Assembly (NCBI GenBank): GCA_032718475.1
Contig: JAUCBJ010001873.1
Coordinates: 1 to 64,000, forward strand
DNA: 64,000 nucleotides
Direction of reading: 5' to 3'
DNA from: Nemertoderma westbladi
Taxonomy: Eukaryota > Animalia > Xenacoelomorpha
Shown piece by piece: positions 62,669 through 64,000 of the stretch (the first letter of the stretch is position 1; each line of letters starts with the position of its first letter). A program made the position numbers and the translations under genes. The notes below the pieces were generated by a model that was not told the DNA's origin, searched no databases, and saw nothing but the letters and a program-made list of their open reading frames with translations.

Positions 62669-63107
62669 TCAGGGGTGGGGGGTGGGGTTGGGGTGCCGTG
62701 GTGGGTGGGATCGAATGTCGGGTGTAGCAGGCCGACTTTGCTTAGCTGTAAATCAATTTCTATATCATGTAAGACGTCACTCACTCACCCATAGCATAGT
62801 AACAACGATTATTAAGTGATGATTAAGTTTTATTTATGTAATTCATTAGAAACTCATAGTTACATTAAACACATGCAGACTGCATTATTCATCGCAGGGA
62901 TAAAGAGTTGCTCAGCAGTTTGTACGTGTGGTAACTAATCTACTGTATAATAATATACTAAAATTTTAATCAGATCAGCTCATCACTCACAATAATTATG
63001 ATATAAGAGACTATTTGTATTAGTTTAGTTATTATTTTATATTTTCCTGCATATTTGTTAGTATATTTTCGCTATTTTTCCCTTGAATATCATTAATAAT
63101 GAATCAT

Positions 63108-63181
63108 TCGATTACATCTAACGGTAGTTAATTCCACATTTTTATCGATTACATCTAACGGTAGTTAATTCCACATTTTTA
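63108..63181 (+). repeat. 37-bp perfect tandem duplication
   Basis: TCGATTACATCTAACGGTAGTTAATTCCACATTTTTA occurs twice. Confidence 0.85.
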
Positions 63182-63505
63182 TGAGAGATTCTGCGAGGTT
63201 GTCGTATCCCATTTGATTTTCGTTATTAGAAGACCGTCGGGGCTTCTTGCTGTCAAAAAAAACGTCTGTGTGTTTGTCTGTATGTGTATGTTTGTGCACA
63301 TTGATATTGGCTTGGAAGGGTAAGAAGAAGTGCTCTACTTCGTGGCCAACTAACCACACATACAAAGAAATGTATCGATTATTTGGGTTCTTATTTCGGA
63401 AATTAATTATTTAAGCGGGTAAAATTAAGCTCTTGCTGTATAAAAATAGCACAGGTCAATTCGCCGTGTCCCATTCTCACAAAGTTTTTATTATATTCGA
63501 GTGTT

Positions 63506-63645
63506 TAAGGTGGGGGGGGTAACCCCTCCTTGGGTAAAATTTTCACATTTTTGGTTTTCTATTTTATCTGATGCAGAATTTAATGGAGAGTTCAAATCTT
63601 GAAACAGTTTGGCGAAATCTTTTTTAGTTCTCGAGTTATCGCTGT
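63506..63645 (+). mobile_element. TTAA|GG DNA-transposon end related to ~16556-16690
   Basis: Both begin TTAAGG plus a G-run and share TATCTGATGCAGAATTT...CAAAT..GAAAC.GTTT. Confidence 0.5.
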
Positions 63646-64000
63646 CTTTCCGTCTATCAGTTTGTCCGTCAAAATTTAGAAGACAGACAGACAGACATGC
63701 TGTCAGACAGACATATTAGATGCCACCAAACATTAAAACTGACATCATAAATGAAATCACCGACCACGAAAACCCCCATATTGATAATCTTAGCGAGTTG
63801 GTATGAAGCCATTGTGTCAAATATTACTGACCGATTAACAGATTACAGACAGTCATGTGTGAGCGGGAAGGTTCAAACTTTAAAGCAAATTATCTCGGAA
63901 TTACATTTCACGATATTTCCATTTTCCACTCCTCCGCCGTTTTTCACCCAAATTGTATTTCATCAATTTATTATTCCATTACTAAAATATAAAATCAGGC

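Noticed and set aside
63165-63365. Minus-strand 66-aa ORF as the last exon of a gene
   Set aside because: No recognisable homology, weak splice acceptor, and its stop lies in a tandem duplication.

Overview
AT-rich eukaryotic DNA, most likely from an invertebrate animal. The first ~32 kb is mostly nested transposon sequence: a BEL/Pao LTR element split by an RTE-type LINE, CR1/L2-like LINE ends, a Kolobok-type transposase relic, foldback elements, a solo LTR and Penelope-like fragments. The right half holds six host genes. Three are spliced and only partly captured by the ORF track: a 3-exon globin with an MGC N-terminus (Globin X-like) that has a compact Gypsy element in intron 1, a 3-exon iodothyronine deiodinase-like selenoprotein with an in-frame TGA and a 3' UTR SECIS hairpin, and a 2-exon RidA. 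Three have intronless CDSs: cyclophilin B-like, a LysM-domain protein and a paraoxonase-like enzyme. The most notable non-coding signals are hammerhead ribozyme cores (one between Pol III A-box and B-box-like motifs) and a TAGGCCTA palindrome concentrated around the genes. All calls are by eye; no searches were run.
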